Notes under the pieces: model-generated
Databases searched by the model: none
Told to the model about the DNA's origin: nothing
What the model saw: the letters and a program-made list of their open reading frames with translations, nothing else
Part shown: one piece after another, positions 7,373 to 17,811 of the stretch
How positions within the stretch are numbered: position 1 is the first letter of the stretch
How the letters are laid out: every line of letters starts with the position of its first letter
NCBI GenBank assembly: GCA_019429365.1
Contig: JAHYJD010000002.1
Location: forward strand, 21,347 to 85,346
Origin: Bacteroidales bacterium
Lineage (GTDB): Bacteria; Bacteroidota; Bacteroidia; Bacteroidales; UBA7960
DNA length: 64,000 bases
Direction: 5' to 3'
Position numbers and translations under genes: made by a program

Positions 7373-9691
7373 ATGAAACCCAATGCTCCATACACCGAGA
7401 CTCCTTCCCAAGGCAATATACAAATCTCAGTGGAAGCTGTTAAAATCCGCGTCACGGGCTTGGTACAAGGTGTTGGTTTCCGCCCGCATATTTACCGGAT
7501 CGCTCTCATAAATAAAATTGAAGGCTGGGTAAAAAATTCAACCAGTGGTGTTCAGATCAAGGCCATTGGCCAAAAGGAACTTTTACAAAAATTTATTCGC
7601 GATATTTCTGATCTGGCTCCGTCGGTAGCAGAAATCAGTAAAATTGATGTGGCTGTTTCGACCCGAAACGGAGAACAGGGTTTTAAGATCGTTGCCAGCA
7701 GCGGGAAGCAACAGGAGATCACCGAAGTTTCGCCCGATATTGCCGTTTGTGACGATTGCCTGCTCGACATGGGAAACCAGGATCACCGGATTGATTACCC
7801 CCTGATAAACTGCACCAATTGCGGCCCGCGATTCAGCATTATCAAAGCACTGCCCTACGACCGCCGCCAAACCACCATGGATATTTTTCCCATGTGCAGG
7901 ACCTGCGCTGCCGAATACAGCGACATAAACGACCGGCGTTTCCACGCTCAGCCAGTGGCATGCAATGTTTGCGGCCCGGTTTACAGCCTGTTTTCCCCCG
8001 AAGGAAAATTAATCGATTGTGAGAACCTGCCTAAGCATACCGCCCAACTCATTGATGCAGGAAATATCCTTGCCATTAAAGGCACAGGCGGATTCCACCT
8101 TGCCTGCGATGCCCTGAATGCCGAAACGGTTAATCGGCTTAGAACAGGAAAGCTCCGCGAAGGAAAACCCTTTGCAGTCATGTTTCCAAATATTGATACC
8201 CTGTCAGAATTTGCTTTTTTAAGTACTGAAGAAATCACCACCCTAACTTCATGGCGGCGACCAATCGTGCTGTTGGACGGCAAAAACAAGCTTCCGGCCA
8301 CGGTCAATGCAGGACTTTCAAGAATCGGAGCAGTACTCCCCTATATGCCTTTTCATTTTCTGCTTTTCAGGCACCTTTCCACCAAGGCGATTATCCTGAC
8401 CAGCGGAAACCTTTCGCAGGAGCCTGTAATCATTGATCCGGCGCAAGCAAAAGAAAAGATCGGATCGGTTTTCGATTTTATGATCGATTACAACCGCGAC
8501 ATACATAACCGGACGGATGATTCAGTTGTGCAACATATTGAAGGAAGCATTCAGATTATCAGGCGTTCACGGGGCTATACTCCAAAGCCAATCGCCTTGA
8601 ATTTTGAAACGGAAGGCATTTTTGCCACCGGTGCCGAACTGAAGAATGTCTTTTGCCTGGGAAAAGGGAACCAAGCCATTATGAGTCAGCACATTGGCGA
8701 CCTTAAGAACCTGGAAACTTTCACTTTTTTTACTGAATCTGCCGCAAGATTCAGCGATCTTTTCCGGTTTGAACCAAAACTGGTTGCCACCGACCTGCAC
8801 CCCGATTACCTTACCAGCGAATGGAGCCGTAAGCCGGGCTTGCCAGTGGAGTGCGTGCAGCACCATCACGCCCATATTGCTTCATGCATGGCTGAGCACA
8901 AGATAAATGAAAAAGTGATCGGTCTTAGTTTCGATGGCACAGGTTACGGAACCGATGGCCATATCTGGGGCAGTGAGATCATGTTGTGCGACCTGGCTGG
9001 TTTTGAAAGGCTTGGGCATTTCGAGTATCTTCCCATGCCAGGCGGCGACAAGGCTATAACAGAACCCTGGCGAATGGCGCTCGCCTGCCTTTATACCGTT
9101 TACGGAAACAATTTACCATTTGCAGCTTTGAAGCATTTTAACTTTCTTAATCAGCAGGAGATCGAAATGATTTTGGTTGCACTGGAAAAACGCATCAATA
9201 TCACCCTTACTTCAGGCATTGGAAGATTGTTCGATGCCGCCGCTTCCCTGCTGGGCCTGTGCCAAAAACCTGGTTTCGAGGCCGAAGGCCCAATGCGGCT
9301 CGAAGCATGCGCAACCGAAAAAATCAACGATTTCTACCCGACTACCATTGATAAGGGAGGAATGATCAGAGTAAACGGGATCATTGATGGGATAATCAGT
9401 GATCTTCAAAAAGGAATCAGGAAAGAAAGGATCGCAACTCGTTTTCATAATTCAATCATAGAGGCAGCAGCCAGTGCAATTTCTGAAACAAACATTTCCA
9501 GCATGCCTGAAAAGGTTTTGCTTTCAGGCGGTGCATTCCAAAACTGTTATTTGCTTTCGGGCCTATCCAAAAAACTGAAAGAAATGGGGTTTCAGGTATT
9601 GACAAACCACCAGGTTCCCGCCAACGACGGTGGGATTGCTTTGGGTCAGTTGGCAGTTGCCGCAGCAAGGAGGAACAAATCATGTGTCTGA
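7373..9691 (+). CDS. hypF: [NiFe]-hydrogenase maturation carbamoyltransferase HypF
   Basis: Acylphosphatase-like N-terminus (VTGLVQGVGFRPHIYR), two Zn-finger pairs (CDDC...CTNCGPRFS; CRTC...CNVCGP), YrdC and Kae1-like regions. The track ORF starts at TTG 7322; ATG 7373 (MKPNAPY) is preferred. Confidence 0.9.
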   Translation: MKPNAPYTETPSQGNIQISVEAVKIRVTGLVQGVGFRPHIYRIALINKIEGWVKNSTSGVQIKAIGQKELLQKFIRDISDLAPSVAEISKIDVAVSTRNGEQGFKIVASSGKQQEITEVSPDIAVCDDCLLDMGNQDHRIDYPLINCTNCGPRFSIIKALPYDRRQTTMDIFPMCRTCAAEYSDINDRRFHAQPVACNVCGPVYSLFSPEGKLIDCENLPKHTAQLIDAGNILAIKGTGGFHLACDALNAETVNRLRTGKLREGKPFAVMFPNIDTLSEFAFLSTEEITTLTSWRRPIVLLDGKNKLPATVNAGLSRIGAVLPYMPFHFLLFRHLSTKAIILTSGNLSQEPVIIDPAQAKEKIGSVFDFMIDYNRDIHNRTDDSVVQHIEGSIQIIRRSRGYTPKPIALNFETEGIFATGAELKNVFCLGKGNQAIMSQHIGDLKNLETFTFFTESAARFSDLFRFEPKLVATDLHPDYLTSEWSRKPGLPVECVQHHHAHIASCMAEHKINEKVIGLSFDGTGYGTDGHIWGSEIMLCDLAGFERLGHFEYLPMPGGDKAITEPWRMALACLYTVYGNNLPFAALKHFNFLNQQEIEMILVALEKRINITLTSGIGRLFDAAASLLGLCQKPGFEAEGPMRLEACATEKINDFYPTTIDKGGMIRVNGIIDGIISDLQKGIRKERIATRFHNSIIEAAASAISETNISSMPEKVLLSGGAFQNCYLLSGLSKKLKEMGFQVLTNHQVPANDGGIALGQLAVAAARRNKSCV

Positions 9692-9903
9692 GCATACCTG
9701 CAGAAGTGCTTGCCATGCAAGGCGATGAGGCAGAAGTGTCAGTAAATGGAAACCGGCTGAAAATTTCGCTGATGGTGCTGAAAAACGTAAAACCGGGCGA
9801 TTTTGTGCTGATCCATTCCGGATTTGCCATTGAGATCATCAACCGGGATGAAGCAGAAAAGACCCTTGAAATCGCAAGGCTGATGAAAGCCGACAAAATT
9901 TGA
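9682..9903 (+). CDS. hypC: Hydrogenase assembly chaperone HypC
   Basis: 73 aa with the hallmark N-terminus MCLSIPAEV. Overlaps the hypF stop by 10 nt. Confidence 0.9.
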   Translation: MCLSIPAEVLAMQGDEAEVSVNGNRLKISLMVLKNVKPGDFVLIHSGFAIEIINRDEAEKTLEIARLMKADKI

Positions 9904-9910
9904 TTGACCA

Positions 9911-10996
9911 ATGAACTGGCTTGAAGGATACCGGTCGAGGGAACTCTGTGAAGCGCTTATGAGCGAGATTCGCCAGCTGGCTGCCCAACCCCTGCGCTTC
10001 ATGGAGGTCTGCGGAGGACATACCATGGCTATTCGCAAATTTGGCATCCCTTCACTGCTTCCGGAGACCATCAGCCTGCTTTCGGGCCCGGGCTGCCCCG
10101 TTTGTGTTACCGGTAGGGCTTTTATTGATCAGGCCATTTACCTTTCCGGCCTGGAAGAAACCGTTGTGTGCACCTTCGGCGACCTGATCAGGGTAAGGGG
10201 CACCGACGCCAGCCTTGAAAAGGCCCGGGCAGAAGGAAAGCAAATCCGGATTGTCTTTTCAAGCCTTGATGCCGTTGAGCTTGCCAAAAAAAACCCGGAG
10301 AAAAAAATTGTGTTTCTGGGTGTCGGGTTTGAAACTACGGCACCAGGCACCGCCGCTGCCATTCTTAAGGCCAACCGCGAAGGTGTAAAAAACTTTTCAG
10401 TGCTCAGCGCCCATAAACTCATGCCCCCTGCCATGGAGGGTATCATAAGCGAAGGAATACCCATCGACGGCTATATTTGCCCGGGGCATGTCAGCACCAT
10501 TACCGGCACAAAAATGTACCACCCGATTGTTGAAAATTTTGGGATCGGATGCGTGGTATCGGGCTTCGAACCCCTTGACCTGCTGCAGTCCATTTTAATG
10601 CTGGTCAAACAAGTGGTAAAAAGAAAACCAAAAGTGGAGATCCAATATTCAAGGGCGGTAAAACCAGAGGGTAATCCTGAAGCTCAAAAGATCATGCGTG
10701 AAGTATTTGAACCGGCCGATGAATGGTGGCGCGGCCTTGGGGTTTTAAGTTACAGTGGACTGAAGCCAAACCGAAAATATCGTGAGTTTGACACACGCGA
10801 AGTTTTTGAGCTTCCTGACTTCAGGGAAATAGAACCGAATGGCTGCTTATGCGGAGAAATATTGAAGGGATTGAAAACACCCCACCAGTGCGTGTTATTT
10901 GGAAAAGCCTGCACCCCATCCAACCCAGTGGGTGCCTGCATGGTTTCATCCGAAGGGGCCTGCCAAACCTGGTACACTTATGAAGGAAAAAACTGA
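9911..10996 (+). CDS. hypD: Hydrogenase maturation Fe-S protein HypD
   Basis: 361 aa. CGGHT and GPGCPVCV motifs. Confidence 0.9.
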   Translation: MNWLEGYRSRELCEALMSEIRQLAAQPLRFMEVCGGHTMAIRKFGIPSLLPETISLLSGPGCPVCVTGRAFIDQAIYLSGLEETVVCTFGDLIRVRGTDASLEKARAEGKQIRIVFSSLDAVELAKKNPEKKIVFLGVGFETTAPGTAAAILKANREGVKNFSVLSAHKLMPPAMEGIISEGIPIDGYICPGHVSTITGTKMYHPIVENFGIGCVVSGFEPLDLLQSILMLVKQVVKRKPKVEIQYSRAVKPEGNPEAQKIMREVFEPADEWWRGLGVLSYSGLKPNRKYREFDTREVFELPDFREIEPNGCLCGEILKGLKTPHQCVLFGKACTPSNPVGACMVSSEGACQTWYTYEGKN

Positions 10997-12002
10997 CCGG
11001 ATACTATTAAGCCACGGAAGCGGCGGAAGCCTAATGCACGACCTTATCAGGGAATTGTTCGTAAGGCATTTCGACAACCCGATCCTTGGCAAAGAAAGCG
11101 ACTCGGCCCTGTTGCAGGCTGGCAGCTCAAATATTGCCTTTACTACCGATTCTTTCGTGGTCGACCCGATCTTTTTCCCTGGTGGCGACATTGGCAAACT
11201 GGCCGTATGCGGAACAATAAACGACCTGGTAGCAGCAGGGGCCAGACCTCACTGTCTCAGCGCAGGCTTTATTCTTGAAGAAGGTTTCCCTATGCAGGCT
11301 TTGGAAAGAATCGTGGAATCCATGGCCGAAGTTGCCAAATTGGCGGAGGTTTTTATAGCCACCGGCGATACCAAGGTGGTTGAAAAAGGTAAATGCGACA
11401 AGATTTTTATCAATACATCAGGAATAGGCTTTTTCTCACAGAGGGATGTGCCACTTCTCTCAAAAGAAACAATTGGCCCCGGTGATCAGCTGATCATTAC
11501 GGGGTTTCTTGGCGACCATGGCATGGCGGTAATGGCCGCCCGGAACCAGCTGGAGCATGCCATAAGTTTTCAGTCAGATTGCGCCCCCCTGAACATATTG
11601 CTTGAAGAAATTTTGAATGTTGATTCGGGCATAAAATTCATGCGCGACCCCACCCGAGGAGGTTTGGCAACCACCCTTTGCGAAATTGCCAGTGGTTCAA
11701 CATTTGGCATAAAAATTTTTGAGGACCAGATTCCGGTACGACCATCAGTTAAAGGCCTGTGCGACATATTCGGTTTCGATCCGCTATACGTCGCAAACGA
11801 AGGGAAAATGCTGATCGTGGCAAAAAAGGGAAGAGAACAAAACATTCTTGAAATTCTGAAAAAAAATCCCCTTGGAAAAAATGCAGCCATAATCGGCGAA
11901 GTGACCCGCGAAAATAAAGGATGGGTAACCCTGGTAACTTCCATCGGAGGCACCAGGATTGTAAATATGCTTTCGGGCGAGCAATTGCCCAGAATTTGTT
12001 AA
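10980..12002 (+). CDS. hypE: Hydrogenase maturation protein HypE
   Basis: AIR-synthase-like protein ending in the HypE C-terminal PRIC motif. ATG 10980 (MKEKTDRILLSHGSGG) is preferred over the track's extended start at 10899. Confidence 0.9.
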   Translation: MKEKTDRILLSHGSGGSLMHDLIRELFVRHFDNPILGKESDSALLQAGSSNIAFTTDSFVVDPIFFPGGDIGKLAVCGTINDLVAAGARPHCLSAGFILEEGFPMQALERIVESMAEVAKLAEVFIATGDTKVVEKGKCDKIFINTSGIGFFSQRDVPLLSKETIGPGDQLIITGFLGDHGMAVMAARNQLEHAISFQSDCAPLNILLEEILNVDSGIKFMRDPTRGGLATTLCEIASGSTFGIKIFEDQIPVRPSVKGLCDIFGFDPLYVANEGKMLIVAKKGREQNILEILKKNPLGKNAAIIGEVTRENKGWVTLVTSIGGTRIVNMLSGEQLPRIC

Positions 12003-12016
12003 TCAACTTATAAGAA

Positions 12017-12367
12017 ATGCACGAACTGGGAATTGCCATGCGAATTGCTGAAATTGCCACACGGGTGGCAAGGCAGGAAGGCGTCAAGAAGGTAGATGCT
12101 GTTCTTGTTGAAGTAGGCGAACTGTCAGGCATTGTTCCTGAAGCCCTGTTATTCTCTTTCGAAAGCGCCATTAAAAACAGTTTCCTGGAAAATTCAAGGC
12201 TGGAAATCAATCTTATCTCTGCCAGTGCCAAATGCAGCAGATGCCAAACGGTTTTCAGGCCTGAAGGGTTCTTTTCCCTTTGCCCTGTTTGCGAAGGAGT
12301 TGATTGCGAGATCCTTTCCGGAAAGGAACTGTTTATTAAATCTCTCGTTTCAGAAAACGGGAAATAG
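12017..12367 (+). CDS. hypA: Nickel insertion metallochaperone HypA
   Basis: 116 aa. N-terminal MHELGIA, C-terminal CxxC...CxxC Zn site (CSRC...CPVC). Confidence 0.9.
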   Translation: MHELGIAMRIAEIATRVARQEGVKKVDAVLVEVGELSGIVPEALLFSFESAIKNSFLENSRLEINLISASAKCSRCQTVFRPEGFFSLCPVCEGVDCEILSGKELFIKSLVSENGK

Positions 12368-12397
12368 TATTATAGGTTACAACTAAAATCTTGAGTA

Positions 12398-13234
12398 ATG
12401 TGCCAGACATGCGGTTGTGAAGGAAAAGGAAGCATGGTAACCATTGGGAGACCCCTCCATTTTCAACCCCAAAAACTAGAAACAATACCTGAAAAATTTC
12501 GGGAATCCGACTCTCCATCACCTTTGGCAGGCATTAGGATCGATCGCCCTGCGGTAAGAAAAGGTACCGGTGGGGCAAGGGAAATTGAAGTGGTGGAAAA
12601 CCTTCTGGGCGATAATGATGCCGCTGCAGCGGAAAACCGCAAATTTCTCAATGAACGGAAAATTTTCTCCCTGAACCTGATGGGCTCACCAGGCTGCGGA
12701 AAGACCACCTTCATAATAAAAACCATCGAGTCACTGAAAGAAGAGCTGGAGGTGTTTGTGATTGAGGGCGATCAGTTTGGCTCGCTCGATGCCGACCGCA
12801 TCAGCGCTACCGGAGCAAAGGTGATTCAGATCAATACCGGCAATGGCTGCCATTTAGATGCACGTTCAGTTGGAAAAGCAATAATAGAACTTGAAATACC
12901 GGTGAACTCCCTCCTTTTCATTGAAAATGTGGGCAATCTTGTCTGTCCGGCGCTTTTCGACCTGGGCGAGCACCTGAGGATCGTCATGCTCAGCGTTACA
13001 GAAGGCGATGACAAACCCGTTAAGTATGCACCCATGTTTCACGGGGCTGCCATGTGCGTGATAAACAAAACTGATCTTTTGGATTATGTTGACTTCGACA
13101 TCGAAAAGGCAAAAGACAATCTGCGAAAAATAAACGGCAAACAGAAAATCATGACCCTTTCTGCCAGTCGCGGTAAAGGCATGGAAGATTGGCTTGCTGC
13201 GCTAAGAAATGAAATCCGGGCATCAAAGTCCTAA
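12398..13234 (+). CDS. hypB: Nickel-binding GTPase HypB
   Basis: 278 aa. N-terminal high-affinity site MCQTCGC, P-loop GSPGCGKT, SIMIBI-type GTPase core. Confidence 0.9.
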   Translation: MCQTCGCEGKGSMVTIGRPLHFQPQKLETIPEKFRESDSPSPLAGIRIDRPAVRKGTGGAREIEVVENLLGDNDAAAAENRKFLNERKIFSLNLMGSPGCGKTTFIIKTIESLKEELEVFVIEGDQFGSLDADRISATGAKVIQINTGNGCHLDARSVGKAIIELEIPVNSLLFIENVGNLVCPALFDLGEHLRIVMLSVTEGDDKPVKYAPMFHGAAMCVINKTDLLDYVDFDIEKAKDNLRKINGKQKIMTLSASRGKGMEDWLAALRNEIRASKS

Positions 13235-13987
13235 AAAAGCAATGCTTATACCGCAGATAAACAGGGTAAAGCCTGCAAGGGCATGCATATACCTTTCGGC
13301 CCAGCCCCATCTGAATGATTTGACACCCGCATAAGCCAGGCCCACAATCAGGGTCATGGTGGCAACGGTAAAGAACATGAAGATGCCTGCCACCGTAACC
13401 ACGCCGGCCATGCTTAGTTTAGCAGCAGGGTACATAAGCAAAGGAATTAATGGTTCGCAGGGCCCGAAAATAAATATCACGAAAAGAATCCAAATACTCA
13501 TTTTCTTTTTATCCTGCTGAGCAGAAGGCCCGCTTATATTTTCCCTTCCGGGAAAGGCTGTGGAAGCAGCATGTACATGTAGGTGGTTTTCCTCGTGGAT
13601 ATGAGTATGAGCGTGAGAGGTGCCATCTGAGTGTACATGAAAATGGGTGTGGGATTTGTTTCGCAAAGCTTTTTTCAGCCCCCAGGCAAAATATGCCAGG
13701 CCAAATCCAATGAAGAGCCATGCGGCAATGTCGCCCCTGAAGCCTTCAATGAATTCAATGCGATGAATCCCAATGCCAATGACGATACCGATGAGGCCCA
13801 AAATGATTGATCCCAGTACATGACCTACCCCGCAAAAGGCCGTGATCAGGCAGGTTTTTCGTAACGACCATTTCCCTGCCTTGCCCATCATCACAAAAGG
13901 GATATAGTGATCAGGTCCAAGCACCGTATGAATCAGCCCCAGGGAGGCCGCACTGGCAAGCAGCACAAACATTTCCTGTTCAGCCAT
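13223..13987 (-). CDS. Putative nickel/cobalt transporter with His-rich loop
   Basis: 254 aa, about 6 TM segments. Central loop SHTHFHVHSDGTSHAHTHIHEENHLHVH. Convergent with hypB, with a 12-nt 3' overlap. Family (RcnA/NicO-like) is inferred, not verified. Confidence 0.6.
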   Translation of the reverse strand: MAEQEMFVLLASAASLGLIHTVLGPDHYIPFVMMGKAGKWSLRKTCLITAFCGVGHVLGSIILGLIGIVIGIGIHRIEFIEGFRGDIAAWLFIGFGLAYFAWGLKKALRNKSHTHFHVHSDGTSHAHTHIHEENHLHVHAASTAFPGRENISGPSAQQDKKKMSIWILFVIFIFGPCEPLIPLLMYPAAKLSMAGVVTVAGIFMFFTVATMTLIVGLAYAGVKSFRWGWAERYMHALAGFTLFICGISIAFLGL

Positions 13988-14112
13988 AGCATTCCTGATT
14001 AAAGGTTAGAAAATCAATGCAAAGAATAAAAAACCACCGAAATAAAACATGACCAAAATCATATACCGCAAAATTCCTTACATTTATTCAGCAAAACAGA
14101 AAACAAAACATT

Positions 14113-14874
14113 ATGCTTCACCGGTATTTCATTTGGTTAAGTTTTAAAGGCACCGCCTACTGTGGATGGCAGATCCAGCCCGGATCGCCCAGCGTGCAGC
14201 AAACCCTGAACAATGCCCTTACCATTTTGCTTCGCGAAGATGCGGAAACCATTGGCTGCGGCCGAACCGACACGGGAGTGCATGCAAGCACATTTGCTGC
14301 TCACTTCGATACCGCTTTGCCGGCCGAAGAACTCAATTTGCCGCAGCTAACCTATAAGTTGAACCGGATTTTGCCCTCTGATATTGCCATAAACAAGATT
14401 GAAGCCGTTCAACCTGACATTCATGCCCGTTTCAGCGCCATAAGCCGTACCTACCATTATAATATCTGCAGGCATAAAGACCCTTTTCAATACGGCCGTT
14501 CATGGCTTGTTGAGCGGCGGCTTAACTTGGAGGCGATGCAGCAGGCTGCCGACCTGCTGTTGGCCTACGAGGACTTCGAAAGTTTCTCCAAAACCAATAC
14601 CCAGGTTAAAACTTTTCATTGCAAGATTGCAAAAGCCCGATGGGAACAGGACGGAAATATATTGCGATTTGAAATTACGGCCGACCGCTTTCTTCGAAAT
14701 ATGGTACGTGCAATTGTTGGCACCCTGGTCGATGTGGGCCTGGGGAAAATCTCGCCCGATGATTTTGCTTCCATAATTGAAAGCAAAGACCGCGGCCAGG
14801 CTGGTTTTTCAGCACCCGGCAGCGGCCTTTTTCTGACTGATGTGGTTTATCCGGCAAATTACCGACAACAGTAG
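14113..14874 (+). CDS. truA: tRNA pseudouridine(38-40) synthase TruA
   Basis: 253 aa. GCGRTDTGVHA catalytic-Asp motif and overall TruA layout. Confidence 0.9.
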   Translation: MLHRYFIWLSFKGTAYCGWQIQPGSPSVQQTLNNALTILLREDAETIGCGRTDTGVHASTFAAHFDTALPAEELNLPQLTYKLNRILPSDIAINKIEAVQPDIHARFSAISRTYHYNICRHKDPFQYGRSWLVERRLNLEAMQQAADLLLAYEDFESFSKTNTQVKTFHCKIAKARWEQDGNILRFEITADRFLRNMVRAIVGTLVDVGLGKISPDDFASIIESKDRGQAGFSAPGSGLFLTDVVYPANYRQQ

Positions 14875-14882
14875 GGTATGTT

Positions 14883-16001
14883 TCAGACTTTGAACCGGCC
14901 TCTTACCTTGATAAGCTTATCACGAATTGTGCGGATTTCTTTTTTCTCAGCTGCGGCCTTGGTGTCGCCAAGCAGAAATCCGTATGCCTCCATGCCGGGG
15001 ATTTCGTCGAAGATTACCTTTAGTACCGCCATACCCGGAATAAACAAAATCATCCCCGTAAGACCCCAGATAAAATTTCCCATAAACAAGGCCACAATGG
15101 TCATAAAAGGATTCATGGATACCTTTCCACCAACAATTTTTGGTGTAAAAAAGTTACTCTCAGCCAGTTGAATGAAGTAAAAAGCCAGGAAAACGCCAAA
15201 AGGATACCATAGCGAATCTTTGGTTAACAAAGCAAAAAGAATGGGCAATGTGGAACCGATAAGCGGACCCACATAAGGAATAACATTGAGCATGGCAGCA
15301 AAAATGGCAAAAAGCAGGGCGTGCTTTATGCCCAGACTGAAAAGGGCAATGCTGTTAAGTATCGCCAGAATGATAATGACAAGAAACATACCCACAATGT
15401 AATTCTGAACTACCTTTTTAATTTTATCTGTGGCGTTCTTAACCTTTTCCCTGTGCTTGTCGGCAAAAGCCATCATAAGGAATTCAACAAGAAAATGCCT
15501 GAAATAAAGGAAAAGAAAAATATAAACCGGCAAAATAAACAGAACAGTAAGAGAGGAGGCCGTGGCAATTGCACCTTGGGTAATAGATGAAACATTTCCT
15601 TTCAAATAATTGAAAACAGAGTCTTTCAAACTTCCGGCCGAGATCGGCACAACCCCCTCGATATGGGAATCGATGAAATCGTTAAATTTATTTAACAGCT
15701 CGGTAACCTTGGCTTCCAGAGCCCCCAGGTCATCAGCAAAACCAATAAGCTGATTATATAATAAATATAATAAGCCTGCCAAAAACCCAAGCAAGGCCAC
15801 CAGGCTAAAAATACTGGCAAGGGCTTTGGGTATTTTATGCCGTTCGAGCCAGCTGGTTAGCGGGCTGATCAGCACTGCCAACAAACCCGAAATAAGCAGA
15901 GGCACAAGAACTGATTTGGCCTCTATCATTACAGAAACGACCAGCACAATTCCCAGAAGAATTAAAACCATTTTAAGGTAAGCAGGTAGTTTAATATCCA
16001 T
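14883..16001 (-). CDS. AI-2E (PerM) family membrane transporter
   Basis: Polytopic membrane protein with AI-2E-like organisation. ATG 16001 (MDIKLPAYL) chosen; the track start at 16166 would overlap the upstream amidase gene. Confidence 0.7.
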   Translation of the reverse strand: MDIKLPAYLKMVLILLGIVLVVSVMIEAKSVLVPLLISGLLAVLISPLTSWLERHKIPKALASIFSLVALLGFLAGLLYLLYNQLIGFADDLGALEAKVTELLNKFNDFIDSHIEGVVPISAGSLKDSVFNYLKGNVSSITQGAIATASSLTVLFILPVYIFLFLYFRHFLVEFLMMAFADKHREKVKNATDKIKKVVQNYIVGMFLVIIILAILNSIALFSLGIKHALLFAIFAAMLNVIPYVGPLIGSTLPILFALLTKDSLWYPFGVFLAFYFIQLAESNFFTPKIVGGKVSMNPFMTIVALFMGNFIWGLTGMILFIPGMAVLKVIFDEIPGMEAYGFLLGDTKAAAEKKEIRTIRDKLIKVRGRFKV

Positions 16002-16020
16002 AGCATTAATTCTTAAATGG

Positions 16021-17682
16021 TTAATTGGTTTTAAACATTGGGGGTTGTTTGAGATGGTGTCCGGAATACTCCTGCCAGGCTGCAGCCAATGCCACCAACT
16101 TTCCTTCTTCAAACAAATTTCCAATAAATGAAATACTGGTGGGGCTTCCGTTTTGATTAAAACCATTGGGAGCTACCAGGCAGGGTTGGCCTGTGAGGTT
16201 TGTTACCAGCAATTGATTTCCTCCATACGAAGGTGTAACAATCACATCATATTTCTTCATCAGCTCATGCACTTGTTGAATGAGCAGGCTACGAATCCGG
16301 TTGGCATTAATGTATTCCACGGCCGGGATAAACCGGGCAGCGCGAAACGTGTTTGGCCAGGCATTGGCACCCTGAGCCACCAGCAGGCTGTCGCGTTTTG
16401 TAACAGTTAGTTCATCAAAGGCAGCAGCTGCTTCGGCAGTTAAAATAATACGCAAGGCGGTAACGGGCATACTAAAATCCCATTCCACCTCTTCCGGTTC
16501 AAAGCCCATTTTCTCCAGGTCGGCCAACACCTGCCGGTCGTTTTCGTTGCCTGGGTATTCCTGTTCAAAAAAACTTTTGATATACCCCACCCTGAAGTTT
16601 TGAACCTGACTGGTTTCGGGTACTTCGAAAGCGACATCGCGGGTGGTAACATCGGCGGCATCCCGGCCCGAAATGGCTTCGAGCACAATGGCGCAATCGT
16701 AGGCACTGCGGGCAATTGGACCGATCTTATCCATGCTCCAGCTCAGGGCCATGGCGCCGCTGCGGCTTACGCGGCCAAAGGTGGGCCGCAATCCGGTTAC
16801 CCCACATCGCGTGGAGGGCGACACAATGCTGCCCAGGGTTTCGGTGCCTATGGCAAAGGGCAGCAGGCCGGCCGATACCGTCGATGCCGCCCCGGCTGAA
16901 GAGCCGCTTGAGCCCTGCTCCAGGTTCCATGGATTCTTGGTAACGCCGCCAAACCAGATATCGCCCATAGCCAGCGCGCCCATCGTCAATTTGGCCACCA
17001 GAATGGCACCTGCCTCATCGAGTTTGCGAATAACGGTTGCAGTCTGGTCAATCGTTTGATCTTTGTAGGGCATGGCACCCCAGGTGGTTTTAAAACCCTC
17101 AACGGCCAGCAAATCTTTGGCGCCGTAAGGAATGCCATGTAGTGGGCCACGGTAGCGGCCCATGGCAATCTCCCGGTCGGCATAGCGGGCCTGGGCAAGA
17201 GCCGTTTCGCGGGTAATTGTAACCACTGCCTGCAGGGTGTCGCCATACTTTTCGAGGCGTTCGAGAAAAAACCTGGTAAGTTCTTCGGCGCTTATGCGAC
17301 GACTTTGAATGAGCGAGGCCAGCTGTGGCACGGAGTAAAATGCCAGCTCATCCCTATTGGCTGGCAAAGGTACATCAGCAGGTATATCCCATTTGATTTT
17401 GCCGGTTGGAGCTGGTGGCAAGTAGCCAGCAGGAATAGGATCGAAAACCAGGGCCGGGGTAACTTCGTTTTTCAACTCAAAATCGCGAATGGCATCATAA
17501 GCCTGACGATTCATTTCCAGGTTGCGAACCATCATTTCGTTTTGCTTTTCAGAAAACTCCAGCCCAATCAAGCGCGAAGCCTGTTGAATCATGGCCAAAG
17601 AAATAACATTATCGCTAAGGGCCGCTGCAAAACCAAAAAGGAAGGCGACAAATACCAGTATGGGAATAATAAATTTTTTCAT
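16021..17682 (-). CDS. Secreted amidase (amidase-signature family)
   Basis: 553 aa. N-terminal signal peptide and a Gly/Ser-rich amidase signature (GSSGSSAGAASTVSAGL). Confidence 0.8.
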   Translation of the reverse strand: MKKFIIPILVFVAFLFGFAAALSDNVISLAMIQQASRLIGLEFSEKQNEMMVRNLEMNRQAYDAIRDFELKNEVTPALVFDPIPAGYLPPAPTGKIKWDIPADVPLPANRDELAFYSVPQLASLIQSRRISAEELTRFFLERLEKYGDTLQAVVTITRETALAQARYADREIAMGRYRGPLHGIPYGAKDLLAVEGFKTTWGAMPYKDQTIDQTATVIRKLDEAGAILVAKLTMGALAMGDIWFGGVTKNPWNLEQGSSGSSAGAASTVSAGLLPFAIGTETLGSIVSPSTRCGVTGLRPTFGRVSRSGAMALSWSMDKIGPIARSAYDCAIVLEAISGRDAADVTTRDVAFEVPETSQVQNFRVGYIKSFFEQEYPGNENDRQVLADLEKMGFEPEEVEWDFSMPVTALRIILTAEAAAAFDELTVTKRDSLLVAQGANAWPNTFRAARFIPAVEYINANRIRSLLIQQVHELMKKYDVIVTPSYGGNQLLVTNLTGQPCLVAPNGFNQNGSPTSISFIGNLFEEGKLVALAAAWQEYSGHHLKQPPMFKTN

Positions 17683-17811
17683 CTGCTGGGGTTTAAAACG
17701 AAAGGCTAATTTAATGAATAAAGACTGAATAATTGCGGATAAGCCCCTGTGATTATTTTTTTAGCCTAATTTTGAAAAAAATTGCCGGCCGGCTCTTAAA
17801 AAACTGGGTTT

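Noticed and set aside
10899-10979. Extended track starts: hypE at 10899, AI-2E at 16166, the NSS transporter at 31190, the Zn-peptidase at 59170, the small membrane protein at 58463, and hypF at TTG 7322.
   Set aside because: The extensions overlap upstream genes or add non-homologous N-termini. Internal ATG codons give canonical N-termini (for example MKEKTDRILLSHGSGG for HypE, and GNIWRFP close to the start of the transporter).
9456-12231. Minus-strand ORFs 9456-9911, 9739-10071 and 11749-12231, within the hyp cluster.
   Set aside because: They are antisense to the well-supported hypF, hypC, hypD, hypE and hypA genes and have no motifs of their own.
13988-14112. NiCo (czcD-type) riboswitch in the 5' leader of the Ni/Co transporter. 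Cobalamin and lysine riboswitches were also considered upstream of the TonB receptor island and lysO.
   Set aside because: The leaders are short and AT-rich, and they lack the conserved G-rich cores or the B12 box that I recall for these classes. No support from sequence inspection.
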